DNA of 40,192 nucleotides from Anaerolineales bacterium (GTDB taxonomy: Bacteria > Chloroflexota > Anaerolineae > Anaerolineales > E44-bin32). Both the position numbers and the translations under genes were made by a program. The notes below the pieces were generated by a model, which did not search any database, was not told the origin of the DNA, and worked only from the letters and a program-made list of their open reading frames with translations. Each line of letters opens with the position of its first letter. The stretch's first letter is position 1. The stretch covers positions 1 to 40,192 of the forward strand of contig JAZGCZ010000080.1 of the NCBI GenBank assembly GCA_036477195.1. The letters are read 5' to 3'. Below, in pieces: positions 17,599 to 27,464 of this stretch.

Positions 17599-18132
17599 TT
17601 AATCTTTCTTTGCTGCCTTCGGTTTGCCTGTGCTTTTCTTCGTAGAAGCGCTTGTGCTTTTCTTCGTAGAAGCGCTTGTGCTTTTCTTTGTAGATGCGCT
17701 TGCGCTTTTCTTTGTTGCAGAACTTTCGCTCTTTTTAGACGAAGTCTTGCCCGCGGCAGTCGTCTTGGATGAGGTCGACTTGCTCTTAGTTTCAGTTTTC
17801 TTCTTTGGAGGTGCCGTCGGCAATCCAACACTTTCGATCTCTACATGGGTAAGCAGCTGCCGGTGTCCCTGCGTGCGTCGATAGCGCTGCTTGGGCTTGT
17901 ACTTGAAGACCGTGATCTTCTTGCCCTTCGGATGGTCCTGAATCTTTCCCTTAACGCTTGCGCCTTTGACGAACGGCGCGCCAACTTCCACTTTCTTCCC
18001 ATCGGAGACTAGCAAGACATCCTTGAAGACGACCTGTTTGCCAACTTCAAGCGACATTCGGTCTACCTCAATGAGGCTTCCCTCCTGCGCCAGATATTGC
18101 CTTCCGCTGTGTTCGACGATAGCGTATTTCAT
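17599..18132 (-). CDS. rplU: 50S ribosomal protein L21 with Lys/Ser/Thr-rich C-terminal tail
   Basis: [37 protein letters not shown], followed by about 75 aa of low-complexity basic tail. Confidence 0.97.
   Translation of the reverse strand: MKYAIVEHSGRQYLAQEGSLIEVDRMSLEVGKQVVFKDVLLVSDGKKVEVGAPFVKGASVKGKIQDHPKGKKITVFKYKPKQRYRRTQGHRQLLTHVEIESVGLPTAPPKKKTETKSKSTSSKTTAAGKTSSKKSESSATKKSASASTKKSTSASTKKSTSASTKKSTGKPKAAKKD
17631..17726 (-). repeat. 24-bp coding tandem repeat (about 4 units, KKSTSAST) in rplU tail
   Basis: Units at 17631, 17655, 17679 and 17703 (TGCTTTTCTTCGTAGAAGCGCTTG; first two identical). Confidence 0.9.
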
Positions 18133-18161
18133 ACGGTGTAGTTCATACCTTGCGACGGAAC

Positions 18162-18191
18162 ATTATAAAGGCCGGCAAAACGCGGTGTCAA
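18162..18191 (-). promoter_or_regulatory. Consensus sigma70 promoter of rplU-rpmA-rpmE
   Basis: Minus strand TTGACA-18 bp-TATAAT, 29 nt before the rplU ATG. Confidence 0.8.
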
Positions 18192-18289
18192 CCTCCATGC
18201 ACTTGGCGTTCTTCGCGCTACGTGCACAATCCCCAGAAGTTTGCAACCTCCGGGGATCGTTTGCTCGTAAGGCTCTGGTGGCTGGCTAT

Positions 18290-21200
18290 TTAGTCAGCCG
18301 CAACCATTTCCGCCTCGGGAACCTCCACGACTTCGCCTTCTGGCTCTGGTTCTGGTTCTGGTTCTTCCTCTTTCGTCGGCTCGCGCTCACCATCTATGCG
18401 CTCGTCATGGAGCACGACTTCTTCGCCAGGGAAACCCGTTCCAGCGGGAATTAGCTTCCCGATTATCACGTTTTCCTTTAACCCTCGCAGGTAGTCCACC
18501 TTGCCTTCAATGGCTGCCCCGGCCAAGACCTTGATCGTGTGCTGGAACGAGGAGGCCGACAAGAAGGATTCGGTGCTTAATGAAGCCTTGGAGATACCGA
18601 GGAGAATTTCGGTGGATCGAGCGGGCGACTTCCCTTCCTGCAGGATTTGCTCATTCAGGCGCAGCAAATACCGGCGATCAATGAGATCACCCGGTAGCAG
18701 GTCTGTCTCCCCAGGATGCGAAATCTGTACCTTCGATAGCATCTTGCGAAGGATCACTTCGAAGTGCTTGTCATTGATGTTTTGTCCCTGCGATCGATAG
18801 ACCTGCTGAACTTCCGTCAACAGATAAAGCTCGCACGCCTCACGACCCAAAATCCGTAGAATGCGGTGCGGATTTAGCGAACCATCCGTCAATTGATCCC
18901 CTGCCTTGACCTTGTCTCCATGCTTCACGAGCAGCCGAGCGCTCGCCGGGACGTCGTAATCAACCTGATCGTTCAGTTCATAAGAGATCGTAACGACACG
19001 GTCCTCTACGTTGGCCTTGCCCCCATGGCTTGCCGTGATCTGCGAGTCGCCGCGGCTTGCGATAAGATCACCCGCCTCTAGCTCATCGCCGCTCTCGGTC
19101 TGGAGCGACCAATTTCCCGGGACTTTGTAATCATCATGCAGCATCTGACTGATTTCGATGTGAACAACCCGCTGTCCATCAGGGGTATCTGGAGTAAGGA
19201 TCTCAACCGTTCCTTCGATTTCGGAAGTGATCGCCTCACCCTTGGGCTTTTTCCGCGCCTCGAATAATTCTTCGACGCGGGGGAGGCCGGTTGTGATATC
19301 GGCACCGGCCGCAACGCCACCGGTGTGGAAAGTCCGGAGCGTCAGCTGTGTGCCAGGCTCTCCAATGGATTGGGCAGCTACGATTCCAACCGCTGCCCCC
19401 AGCTCCACCCTCTTGCCTCTGCCCAGATCCATACCGTAGCAATCAGCACAGAGCCCGAATTGCAGCTCACAGGTTACCGGTGAGCGAACTACAACTTCTT
19501 CAGGTAATGCGTCCCCGATTCGCTGAGCCGCCTTCCCGTCCAGCAACTTTCCGCGACGATAGATCACCTCGCCAGTACCTGGATCTGCCACGGCCTTAGC
19601 CAACACACGGCCAATCACACGCGAGGTAAAATCTTGACCGGCGACATCGTCGGCCGATCGCAGCACTATTCCTAGTTCCGTCCCACAATCTTCCGAATTG
19701 ATGATCACGTCCTGTGCAACGTCCACGAGGCGACGCGTTAGGTAGCCGGCATCGGCCGTGCGTAGGGCCGTATCCGTGAGACCCTTGCGGGCACCGTGAG
19801 TGGAAATGAAATACTCGAGTGTGTTCAAGCCGTCTCTGAAATTGGACCGAATGGGGAGCGGGATGATCCGGCCGGAAGGGTCGGCCATTAAGCCACGCAT
19901 TCCAGCTAGCTGTGAAATCGGCCCAAATCCTCCCTTGGTAGCACCGGATATGGCCATCACGCTTAGATTCCCAGCGGGATCCATCCCGGCTCGCACAGCG
20001 GCCGCAACCTCAGCTGTCGTCTCTTGCCATAGCTCGATGATGCGCTCATTTTGCTCTTTTTCGGTGAGCAGTCCACGCTGGTAGTCGCTTCGCACGGCTT
20101 CTGCCGCTTCCAACGTCCGCGCGACGATCTCACCTTTCTCTTCCGGTACAGTGATGTCTGACACCGAAATTGAGGTTCCAGATTGACTGGCGTAGGCGAA
20201 ACCAATATCCTTGATGGCGTCCACAACTGCTGGAGTGCCATCTTCTCGGAGTTGATGATAAATCTCGCCAACCAGCGCCTGCATGGCCTCCTTATCGAGG
20301 ACCTTGTTGACGAAGCGCAATTCCTCCGGAAGGACGCTATTGAAAATAACGCGACCCACCGTGGTGTCCACCACGCGCAACTCTGCATCTTCCATGCGAA
20401 CACCATCATCGTCATACCAAGTGGCGATTTGAAGCTTGATGGGAGCATGTAGATCGACTTGACGCAGGGCCCAGACCATCTCCACTTCTTCTACACTGGC
20501 GAAGGCTCGGCCTTCACCCTTCCGACCCTTGCCTTCCACCTGCATGGTCAAGTAGTACACCCCCAAGACCATATCCTTGGAGGGAGTCACAATTGGCTCT
20601 CCGTCCGCAGGCTTAAGCAGGTTCACGCTAGCCAGCATCAGTTCACGAGCTTCCGTAACCGATCGGCTGGATAGTGGCACATGCACCGACATTTGGTCGC
20701 CATCAAAGTCCGCATTGAATGCGGAGCATACAAGTGGGTGCAATTGGATAGCCTTGCCCTCCACAATGACTGGCTCGAAGGCCTGGATCCCCAGGCGGTG
20801 CAGAGTGGGAGCTCGATTTAGGAGTACGGGTCGATCCTTGATGACTTCTTCTAGAACCTCCCATACTTCCGGGCGCTCGCGTTCGATGATGCGCTTGGCA
20901 CCCTTGACATTGGCCGCATAGTTATAAAGCACCAATTTGGAGATCACGAACGGCCGATATAGCTCAAGAGCCATAGTCTTGGGAAGACCGCATTGATAAA
21001 GCTTCAAGTTTGGGCCGATCACAATCACCGATCGCCCCGAATAGTCCACGCGCTTTCCAAGCAGATTCCTGCGGAAGCGACCCTTCTTACCTTTCAGCAT
21101 GTCGCTGAGCGACTTCAACTCGCGGCGGCCTCGCCGCGAAAGGGCCTTGCCGCGCTGCGCATTATCAATAAGCGAGTCCACCGCCTCCTGGAGCATCCGC

Positions 21201-22588
21201 TTCTCGTTTCGAACGATGACGTCCGGTGCGCCCAACTCGACCAGCCGCTTCAGACGATTGTTACGGTTGATGACTCGGCGGTAGAGATCGTTTAGATCGG
21301 ATGTAGCAAATCGTCCCCCATCGAGCTGAACCATCGGCCGCAGGTCGGGTGGGATAACGGGCAATACGGTCAGAATCATCCACTCCGGTTTGTTCCCCGA
21401 CCGGCGGAAGGCCTCAACAACTGCGAGCCGCTTCGTGGCCTTTTTCCGCCGCTGCTTGCTCTTGGTGGTACGGACCTCTTCCCAAAGCTCGACCATGAGC
21501 TTATCCAGATCCAGGCGTTGAAGAATATCGTAGAAAGCTTCGGCACCCATGTCGGCCCGGAACACCTGCCCCCAGCTCGACTTCAGCTCCCGGTATCGGG
21601 TCTCGCCAAGAAACATCATCTGGGTTATGCCTTCGAGTTCCTCGCGCTCCTTCACCAATTCCTCGATCTGCGCTAGGTTTTCCTCCTGGGGAACACCCTT
21701 GACTTGCTCGATCTCACGATCCGCAACTTCTTTGACCTCTTCGATTTCCACCTCGACAATATCGACTTTCTCATCGAACTTCACCTTTGCGGAGGCTTCG
21801 ACTTTTTCCAGTTGTTCGCTAACGATCTTTTGAACGACCGCGATGTGATCCTTGGAGATCGTCTCACCCTTCTCGGCAATTTGCTGATCGACAGCTTTGA
21901 AAACGATTGACACGCGAATCGTCTTGCCAGACTTATCACGTAGATCGCGCTCGAGTCGCTGACCTTCTCGAATGATGGGGGCTATTTGCTCGGCGACTTC
22001 CTCTTCGTACGCTAACTTTAATGCCTTTAGCTCGGCCTTCAGTTCGTCTAGCTTTTCCGTCTTTTGAGTACTGATTTCCTCCAACCGCGCGTCAACCGCA
22101 TCATGCTGATCCTGCTGCTGGCCCGAGATCTGCTCGTCAATTCGCGCAATTGCTTTGCGGCGGGCATCCTCGTCGACATGCGTCACGATGTACTGTGCGA
22201 AATAGAGCACGCGATCCAGATTTCGCCGAGAAATATCAAGAAGCAAACCAAGGTAGGAAGGGACGCGGCGGGTATACCAAACGTGCGCTACCGGAGCAGC
22301 TAAAGTAATGTGTCCCATCCGCTCACGGCGCACTGAGGCGCGAGTCACTTCCACGCCGCATTTCTCGCAGGTAATACCTTTAAATCGGATGTTCTTGTAC
22401 TTGCCGCAGTAGCATTGCCAATCTTTGGTGGGGCCAAAGATCGCTTCGCAAAATAATCCGTCCTTTTCAGGACGTAACCGCCGGTAGTTGATGGTCTCCG
22501 GCTTCAACACCTCGCCATAAGACCAGCTACCTATGATCTCTGGCGAAGCAAGACTGATGCGTAACGCTCGAAACCTTTTAGATTCCAC
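18290..22588 (-). CDS. rpoC: DNA-directed RNA polymerase subunit beta'
   Basis: KPETINYR, zinc finger, [54 protein letters not shown] start with GGAGG RBS. Confidence 0.99.
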   Translation of the reverse strand: MESKRFRALRISLASPEIIGSWSYGEVLKPETINYRRLRPEKDGLFCEAIFGPTKDWQCYCGKYKNIRFKGITCEKCGVEVTRASVRRERMGHITLAAPVAHVWYTRRVPSYLGLLLDISRRNLDRVLYFAQYIVTHVDEDARRKAIARIDEQISGQQQDQHDAVDARLEEISTQKTEKLDELKAELKALKLAYEEEVAEQIAPIIREGQRLERDLRDKSGKTIRVSIVFKAVDQQIAEKGETISKDHIAVVQKIVSEQLEKVEASAKVKFDEKVDIVEVEIEEVKEVADREIEQVKGVPQEENLAQIEELVKEREELEGITQMMFLGETRYRELKSSWGQVFRADMGAEAFYDILQRLDLDKLMVELWEEVRTTKSKQRRKKATKRLAVVEAFRRSGNKPEWMILTVLPVIPPDLRPMVQLDGGRFATSDLNDLYRRVINRNNRLKRLVELGAPDVIVRNEKRMLQEAVDSLIDNAQRGKALSRRGRRELKSLSDMLKGKKGRFRRNLLGKRVDYSGRSVIVIGPNLKLYQCGLPKTMALELYRPFVISKLVLYNYAANVKGAKRIIERERPEVWEVLEEVIKDRPVLLNRAPTLHRLGIQAFEPVIVEGKAIQLHPLVCSAFNADFDGDQMSVHVPLSSRSVTEARELMLASVNLLKPADGEPIVTPSKDMVLGVYYLTMQVEGKGRKGEGRAFASVEEVEMVWALRQVDLHAPIKLQIATWYDDDGVRMEDAELRVVDTTVGRVIFNSVLPEELRFVNKVLDKEAMQALVGEIYHQLREDGTPAVVDAIKDIGFAYASQSGTSISVSDITVPEEKGEIVARTLEAAEAVRSDYQRGLLTEKEQNERIIELWQETTAEVAAAVRAGMDPAGNLSVMAISGATKGGFGPISQLAGMRGLMADPSGRIIPLPIRSNFRDGLNTLEYFISTHGARKGLTDTALRTADAGYLTRRLVDVAQDVIINSEDCGTELGIVLRSADDVAGQDFTSRVIGRVLAKAVADPGTGEVIYRRGKLLDGKAAQRIGDALPEEVVVRSPVTCELQFGLCADCYGMDLGRGKRVELGAAVGIVAAQSIGEPGTQLTLRTFHTGGVAAGADITTGLPRVEELFEARKKPKGEAITSEIEGTVEILTPDTPDGQRVVHIEISQMLHDDYKVPGNWSLQTESGDELEAGDLIASRGDSQITASHGGKANVEDRVVTISYELNDQVDYDVPASARLLVKHGDKVKAGDQLTDGSLNPHRILRILGREACELYLLTEVQQVYRSQGQNINDKHFEVILRKMLSKVQISHPGETDLLPGDLIDRRYLLRLNEQILQEGKSPARSTEILLGISKASLSTESFLSASSFQHTIKVLAGAAIEGKVDYLRGLKENVIIGKLIPAGTGFPGEEVVLHDERIDGEREPTKEEEPEPEPEPEGEVVEVPEAEMVAAD

Positions 22589-22667
22589 GCGTTGACCTCC
22601 GCTTTATGTAAAGGCTAGTCGATCGACGGATTTCGAACAAACGTGCTAGCATCGCCACAAATGAAAC

Positions 22668-22698
22668 CAGCGCTCAAGCTCACTGGCTTTGAGCGCTG
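22668..22698 (-). terminator. 10-bp perfect hairpin upstream of rpoC (terminator or attenuator)
   Basis: CAGCGCTCAA/TTGAGCGCTG; followed on the minus strand by GTTTCATTT. Confidence 0.55.
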
Positions 22699-22741
22699 TC
22701 ACTCACAAAACTCGCGGCGATCCTTTGCCATGTAACCCTAA

Positions 22742-22769
22742 ATTATACGCCGTGATTCATAAAAGTCAA
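22742..22769 (-). promoter_or_regulatory. Putative sigma70 promoter for rpoC
   Basis: Minus strand TTGACT-16 bp-TATAAT overlapping the stop codon of the upstream kinase. Confidence 0.6.
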
Positions 22770-25700
22770 GAACGCTCTGTGCCCCTTGAAGCGACTTGTT
22801 TTTGTGGAACGAGCATGGGAATGGCGATGGTGAACTTGCTTCCCATACCTAACCGACTTTCGACGCTCACCCTCCCATGATGCTGTTCAACAATCGACTT
22901 GACAATCGCCAAACCAAGCCCTGAACCCTTGGTGTCGTCCTTGCCGAGTCTAAAGAATTTCTCAAATAGCCTGGGCTGATCGGCGGGGGCGATGCCAACC
23001 CCCGTATCTTCCACTTGAATGATCTGTCGACCGTCCACCTGCTCGGCCCGCAATATGACTCGGCCGCCAGAATCCGTGTACTTGATGGCGTTGTCCACAA
23101 GGTTGGATACGGCTTGACGCAGCAGCATCGGATCTGCCTGCAGGGGCCGCATCGCATCATCGAGCTCGATCTCAAGTGAAACTCGCTTATTGAGCGCTTG
23201 CGGTCGGAAGGTTGTGAGGATGTCTTGAGCTATGAGAGGAATTTCTACTGGCTCGGGCGAAAGGCCGATCCCAGTTTCAATTCGCCCCAAGTCCAGAAGG
23301 TCATCCACCAACTTACTCATGCGGTCAACGCTGGTCAGGATCTTGTCCAGAAATTCCTGCTGCTGCTCATTGACCGGTCCCACATTCGACAGCATCGTCG
23401 TATAACCACGCATCAGGGTGAGCGGCGCGCGCAGATCGTGGCTGACTGTCGATACGAACTCTGACTTAAGCGTATCGAGGATTTTGAATTGAGTCACATC
23501 CGACAACACGCAAACTCGCCCCGTCTGGCCGCCAGGCACTTCGGATGCCACAGCGTAGAGTACTCGACCGCCTTCGGCCTTAATCTCTATCGCCTGCTCG
23601 CTCATTCTGGGCCGAGTCAGAAGCTTCTTAAGCTCAGGTGGCCCGATCGCGTCATCGATCGGCCTGCCTACCATTTCGTCAGCCCGCCCGGTCAATACTG
23701 CCTCGGCAGCTGGATTGGCCAGCGATATCCGACCCTCGGAGTCCGTGACAATCACCGCATCTGGAGTCGAATCCAGAATGGTCATCAACCGACTTCGCTC
23801 CTGCTCCGCACGATGGTATAGACCTACGTTAGCAAGCGATATGCCAAGTTGGCTGGCGAAAATAGTGAGCAGTTTGGTTTCCGAGGCCGCGAACGCTCGG
23901 GGGGTGCGGTAGCCGAGCCACAGCGCGCCCACGAACTCATCCTCATGTGAGACCGGAATCGCGATCAGAGACTCTAAACGGTCCAAAACATCCGCCATAT
24001 CAAGCACCGCACCTGCCCTGGAAGGATTCTCCAATGCAAATTGCCCGCGGGAGCGTGAAAGTCTCACGATTCCAAGATCCAGGCTCCCCCACCCTCGCCC
24101 TCCATGACCAGCTTGGTACGACCCGGACTCCAGCACCAGCCGCACGGTTTCAGCCCCGGTCAAATCTCGAATTTTCCCGAGCACCTCTGGCAGCGCTTGA
24201 TCGAGGTCGAAGCTCTCGGACATGCTTTGACTGGTTGATAGCAGCAGATTGAGTTCGTCCAATCGCGCTTTTAAGCTGATCCGCATTCGCTCGAAAGAGG
24301 TCGATAGCCGGCCAATCTCATCCTCACCCTTCCCGGAAATATGACGATTCAAGTCCCCGCGCGCGATCGACTCAGCGGTGGATGCCATCTGGCGTAATGG
24401 GAGAGTTAGCCGCCGACTCATCAAGTTCACGCCTACAATTAGGACCGCGCCAATAGTCACAAGCAGGATGAAGAGGTTGGCCGTAGTCGCGAAGGCCAAG
24501 GTATCCAGTGTCCGTTGAGGTGTCGATACCAGCACGTTCCAGGGATACCCTGATACCGGGTATGAATAAACTAGGGATCGAGTTCCTTCCGAACTGGTTG
24601 CCTCGAAGAACACCCCTTCTGGGCCTTCCGCAAAATCGGCTTGTTTTAGCCACTGATCGGGATCAGAATGGGAAATCACTCTTCCCCTCTCATCTACGAT
24701 TAGCGCCTGGCCGTCTCGGTATGCTGCCAATCGCGCCAACACAGGCTGGAGCAGCGGATTGCGTGCTAGATCTGCCCAGCCGACGACCGTGAATCCGGAT
24801 CCGGCCACAGGAGATACGAAGATCAACTGAACCCCCTCGCCCTCCCGATCCGGCGGCACGCTAATTTCCTGAGGGACTCCCGTTTGCGCGGCCGCTTGGA
24901 GCTCTACCGGAACGGTCACGGACCCTTGCGGCCAATCTGCTAACACAGCCCCGTCAGAGTCGAGCACTGCAAGTCTCGTGAAAAATGTCAGAGATCGGTG
25001 AGTATCCGCAAGAAGCGTAGTCAAGAACTGATCGCTGGCTCCGATGCCCTCCGTACTGCTTGCGAGATCCCGAATCTGTGTCCTACCGGTATGAATGAAG
25101 AACGGAATTCCTTCTCCGGCCTGATGTGCCGTCTGCTCCATCTGATCGGCGATAATCTTCGTTGCCGATGACCGCGCTAGCAGCCAATTGCCATAGGTGA
25201 GCGCTACTCCGCCGATGACCCCGAACGTGATGATCACCGTGAGCATTCGGGCGGATAAGGAGCGATTGTATGGCCCGACTTGGATCTGGGATGGACGATG
25301 CCAGGACACAAGAGTTCGGAGACTCTCGGCAACCACGCCCGCGATAGCCATCTCGAGAACACTGGACAATATCGTGGGTCCAAGAAACGACAGCGCATAG
25401 TCCAGTGCCGTGAAGAAATCGCCAGTGCTGTAGGCGAAGTTTTCGATGGAATGCATTACGCCGAAGAGCAAACCTACGGCTAAGGCACTTGGCAGCGGCC
25501 GTGCGGCTAATCGTCCAAGCCAGTCCGCATAGCTTCGTCGGATAAGCCAGGCAAATACCGCGGCCTGCGCAGCAACGCTAAACGGGGTCAGCAGTCGCTG
25601 CGTTTCCCAACCTCCGCGCGCCAAACCCCCAATGAATGCGACAGCAATCGCATGGGGCTCCCCAAGCAGTCCTGCCGCCAATAGCCAGGGAACAGCGCCA

Positions 25701-25975
25701 AACAACTGGAATGAAGCTCCGGTAGGCTCTATGGGTTGACCTGGAGATGCAACGCCGAAGGGAAACTGGACAGTCAGCAACCCCGCAGCGATGGGCGCGG
25801 AGATCAACAGGCCCAAAAATAGATATCGATCCGATGTAGATGAAAGGGCCAGTCGCTTGTGACGCAGACCCAGAATGATCAGCAGCACATATGCTGCAAT
25901 GAGCACATATCCGACATCGCGGATGGGCAACGCTAAATAGAAGGATCCCCCAAATCCCCAGCTCCCCACGTTCAT
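22766..25975 (-). CDS. Multi-TM sensor histidine kinase (membrane domain, Cache-like, HAMP, GAF, PAS, HisKA, HATPase)
   Basis: DEIGRLSTSFERM (HAMP), ILDSTPDAVIVTD (PAS), SHDLRAPLT (H box), NLVDNAIKYT, DTGVGI, GSGLGLAIVK. GGAGG RBS. Confidence 0.93.
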   Translation of the reverse strand: MNVGSWGFGGSFYLALPIRDVGYVLIAAYVLLIILGLRHKRLALSSTSDRYLFLGLLISAPIAAGLLTVQFPFGVASPGQPIEPTGASFQLFGAVPWLLAAGLLGEPHAIAVAFIGGLARGGWETQRLLTPFSVAAQAAVFAWLIRRSYADWLGRLAARPLPSALAVGLLFGVMHSIENFAYSTGDFFTALDYALSFLGPTILSSVLEMAIAGVVAESLRTLVSWHRPSQIQVGPYNRSLSARMLTVIITFGVIGGVALTYGNWLLARSSATKIIADQMEQTAHQAGEGIPFFIHTGRTQIRDLASSTEGIGASDQFLTTLLADTHRSLTFFTRLAVLDSDGAVLADWPQGSVTVPVELQAAAQTGVPQEISVPPDREGEGVQLIFVSPVAGSGFTVVGWADLARNPLLQPVLARLAAYRDGQALIVDERGRVISHSDPDQWLKQADFAEGPEGVFFEATSSEGTRSLVYSYPVSGYPWNVLVSTPQRTLDTLAFATTANLFILLVTIGAVLIVGVNLMSRRLTLPLRQMASTAESIARGDLNRHISGKGEDEIGRLSTSFERMRISLKARLDELNLLLSTSQSMSESFDLDQALPEVLGKIRDLTGAETVRLVLESGSYQAGHGGRGWGSLDLGIVRLSRSRGQFALENPSRAGAVLDMADVLDRLESLIAIPVSHEDEFVGALWLGYRTPRAFAASETKLLTIFASQLGISLANVGLYHRAEQERSRLMTILDSTPDAVIVTDSEGRISLANPAAEAVLTGRADEMVGRPIDDAIGPPELKKLLTRPRMSEQAIEIKAEGGRVLYAVASEVPGGQTGRVCVLSDVTQFKILDTLKSEFVSTVSHDLRAPLTLMRGYTTMLSNVGPVNEQQQEFLDKILTSVDRMSKLVDDLLDLGRIETGIGLSPEPVEIPLIAQDILTTFRPQALNKRVSLEIELDDAMRPLQADPMLLRQAVSNLVDNAIKYTDSGGRVILRAEQVDGRQIIQVEDTGVGIAPADQPRLFEKFFRLGKDDTKGSGLGLAIVKSIVEQHHGRVSVESRLGMGSKFTIAIPMLVPQKQVASRGTERS

Positions 25976-26108
25976 GGGTCCTCCGAATTCAAGTGCGCGC
26001 CGGGATTATACAAGCCGGGGAGAGAATCCGAAATTGTGGCCGCCCAATGACAAAGGGTGATTCTGGAGCTCCGAACGACCTAACATAAGGTGTAGGAATG
26101 CCGAATCC

Positions 26109-26137
26109 TTGCTCCACATTGCCCTTTATGCTAGACT
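26109..26137 (+). promoter_or_regulatory. Putative extended -10 promoter
   Basis: TTGCTC-17 bp-TAGACT with TGn, upstream of ATG 26164. Confidence 0.5.
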
Positions 26138-26163
26138 GCCATAGCGCTATTTTCTGGAAAAAT

Positions 26164-27318
26164 ATGACTGAAAAAATCCTTATCATCGATGACGACATCG
26201 ATACCTTGAAGCTCGTCGGGCTGATGCTCGAGCGTCAGGGATATCAGATTGCCGTCGCGAGTAACGGCACCATCGGGCTCTCAAAGGCTGCATCCGAGAA
26301 GCCTGATTTGATTCTTCTGGACGTGATGATGCCTGATATGGACGGGTATCAAGTGACAGAGCGCCTTCGATCCGATCCATCGCTTTCTCACATCCCCATC
26401 GTCATGTTCACCGCAAAGACAATGGTGGACGACAAGGTCAAAGGCTTCGAATCTGGAGTTGATGACTATCTGACGAAACCTACGCACCCTGCCGAACTGA
26501 CGGCGCATGTGAAGGCCGTGCTGTCGAGATCAATTGCTGCGCCTTCCAAGGAAACCCCAGAGCAGGCACAGATCATTAGTTTCTTCGGCACTCGGGCCGG
26601 CCTGGGAACCTCGACCCTCGCATTGAATGTAGGGGTTGCAATGCAGCAGACTGGGGTGGACGTGATTGTGGCGGAAATCAATCCGGGCCAAGGTTCTATG
26701 GCGTTGAATCTCGGGATAACAACCCCTACCGGGCTGACCGCGCTGCTCTCTCGCTCACTTAAGGATATTCATCTCAGATCGGTGGAGGCAGAGCTGGTTA
26801 CCCATAACAGCGGCGTTCGCCTGCTTTTATCGTCCTATCAGCCGCAAGAGGCCGAGCTGGATGAGGCCGTGTCTCAGACGGAGGCGATAGTCAGCAACCT
26901 TGCCACCATGAGCGATGTTCTCATTCTGGATATCGGATCTGGCGCGCGCCCCTATACGCGCCCGCTCCTGGGGCTGAGTACAAGGGTTGTTGTTATTGTT
27001 GAGCCGGTCTATCCTTCCAACGTGATTGCTCGGGCGGTGCTTGAGGAAATGTTCTCGAGTGGATTGGAGCGAAGTAAGACCAGTTTGGCCCTCATTACTA
27101 GAGAACGAACCAGCCTCAACATCCCATGGAAACAAGTTGAAGCCGATCTAGGCATCGAGTTAGCAGGCATCGTTTCGCCCGCCCCAGAACTGGCTCAGCA
27201 GGCGGCCCAGAATGGCAAGCCGCTAGTGATCTTGCATCGGGACACACTGACTGGTGATCAGATCCGCAAGATGACAGAGACGATCAGTTCACAATTGACT
27301 ATCACCAACCCCCTTTGA
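26164..27318 (+). CDS. Response regulator receiver fused to MinD/CpaE-like ATPase domain
   Basis: KILIIDDD, LLDVMMPDMDG, DDYLTKP; second domain SFFGTRAGLGTSTLALN...LILDIG. Confidence 0.88.
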   Translation: MTEKILIIDDDIDTLKLVGLMLERQGYQIAVASNGTIGLSKAASEKPDLILLDVMMPDMDGYQVTERLRSDPSLSHIPIVMFTAKTMVDDKVKGFESGVDDYLTKPTHPAELTAHVKAVLSRSIAAPSKETPEQAQIISFFGTRAGLGTSTLALNVGVAMQQTGVDVIVAEINPGQGSMALNLGITTPTGLTALLSRSLKDIHLRSVEAELVTHNSGVRLLLSSYQPQEAELDEAVSQTEAIVSNLATMSDVLILDIGSGARPYTRPLLGLSTRVVVIVEPVYPSNVIARAVLEEMFSSGLERSKTSLALITRERTSLNIPWKQVEADLGIELAGIVSPAPELAQQAAQNGKPLVILHRDTLTGDQIRKMTETISSQLTITNPL

Positions 27319-27464
27319 ACGAAACTAATCTCTGGCAGCAAACCCGTCGAGTAGCGGACCGGCTGCTGAACTCGAAGCATGCAGTTGCGCTTTCAGGTGG
27401 CCTAATGGGAAACGTCGCCGAATTGCTCCCAATGGTTGTTGATGAGGTGCGTCTTGAGCAGTAG
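27315..27464 (+). pseudogene. 49-aa relic of an NAD-dependent deacylase (sirtuin/CobB) with in-frame internal deletion
   Basis: Manual translation MNETNLWQQTRRVADRLLNSKHAVALSG-GLMGNVAELLPMVVDEVRLEQ resembles the sirtuin N-terminus joined to its C-terminus. It overlaps both neighbours. Confidence 0.65.

Noticed and set aside
18190-18341. Possible decayed copies of the rpoC 3' end (AACCTCC words at 18190, 18245, 18320)
   Set aside because: Spacing is irregular and similarity is limited to about 20 nt; not supportable by eye.
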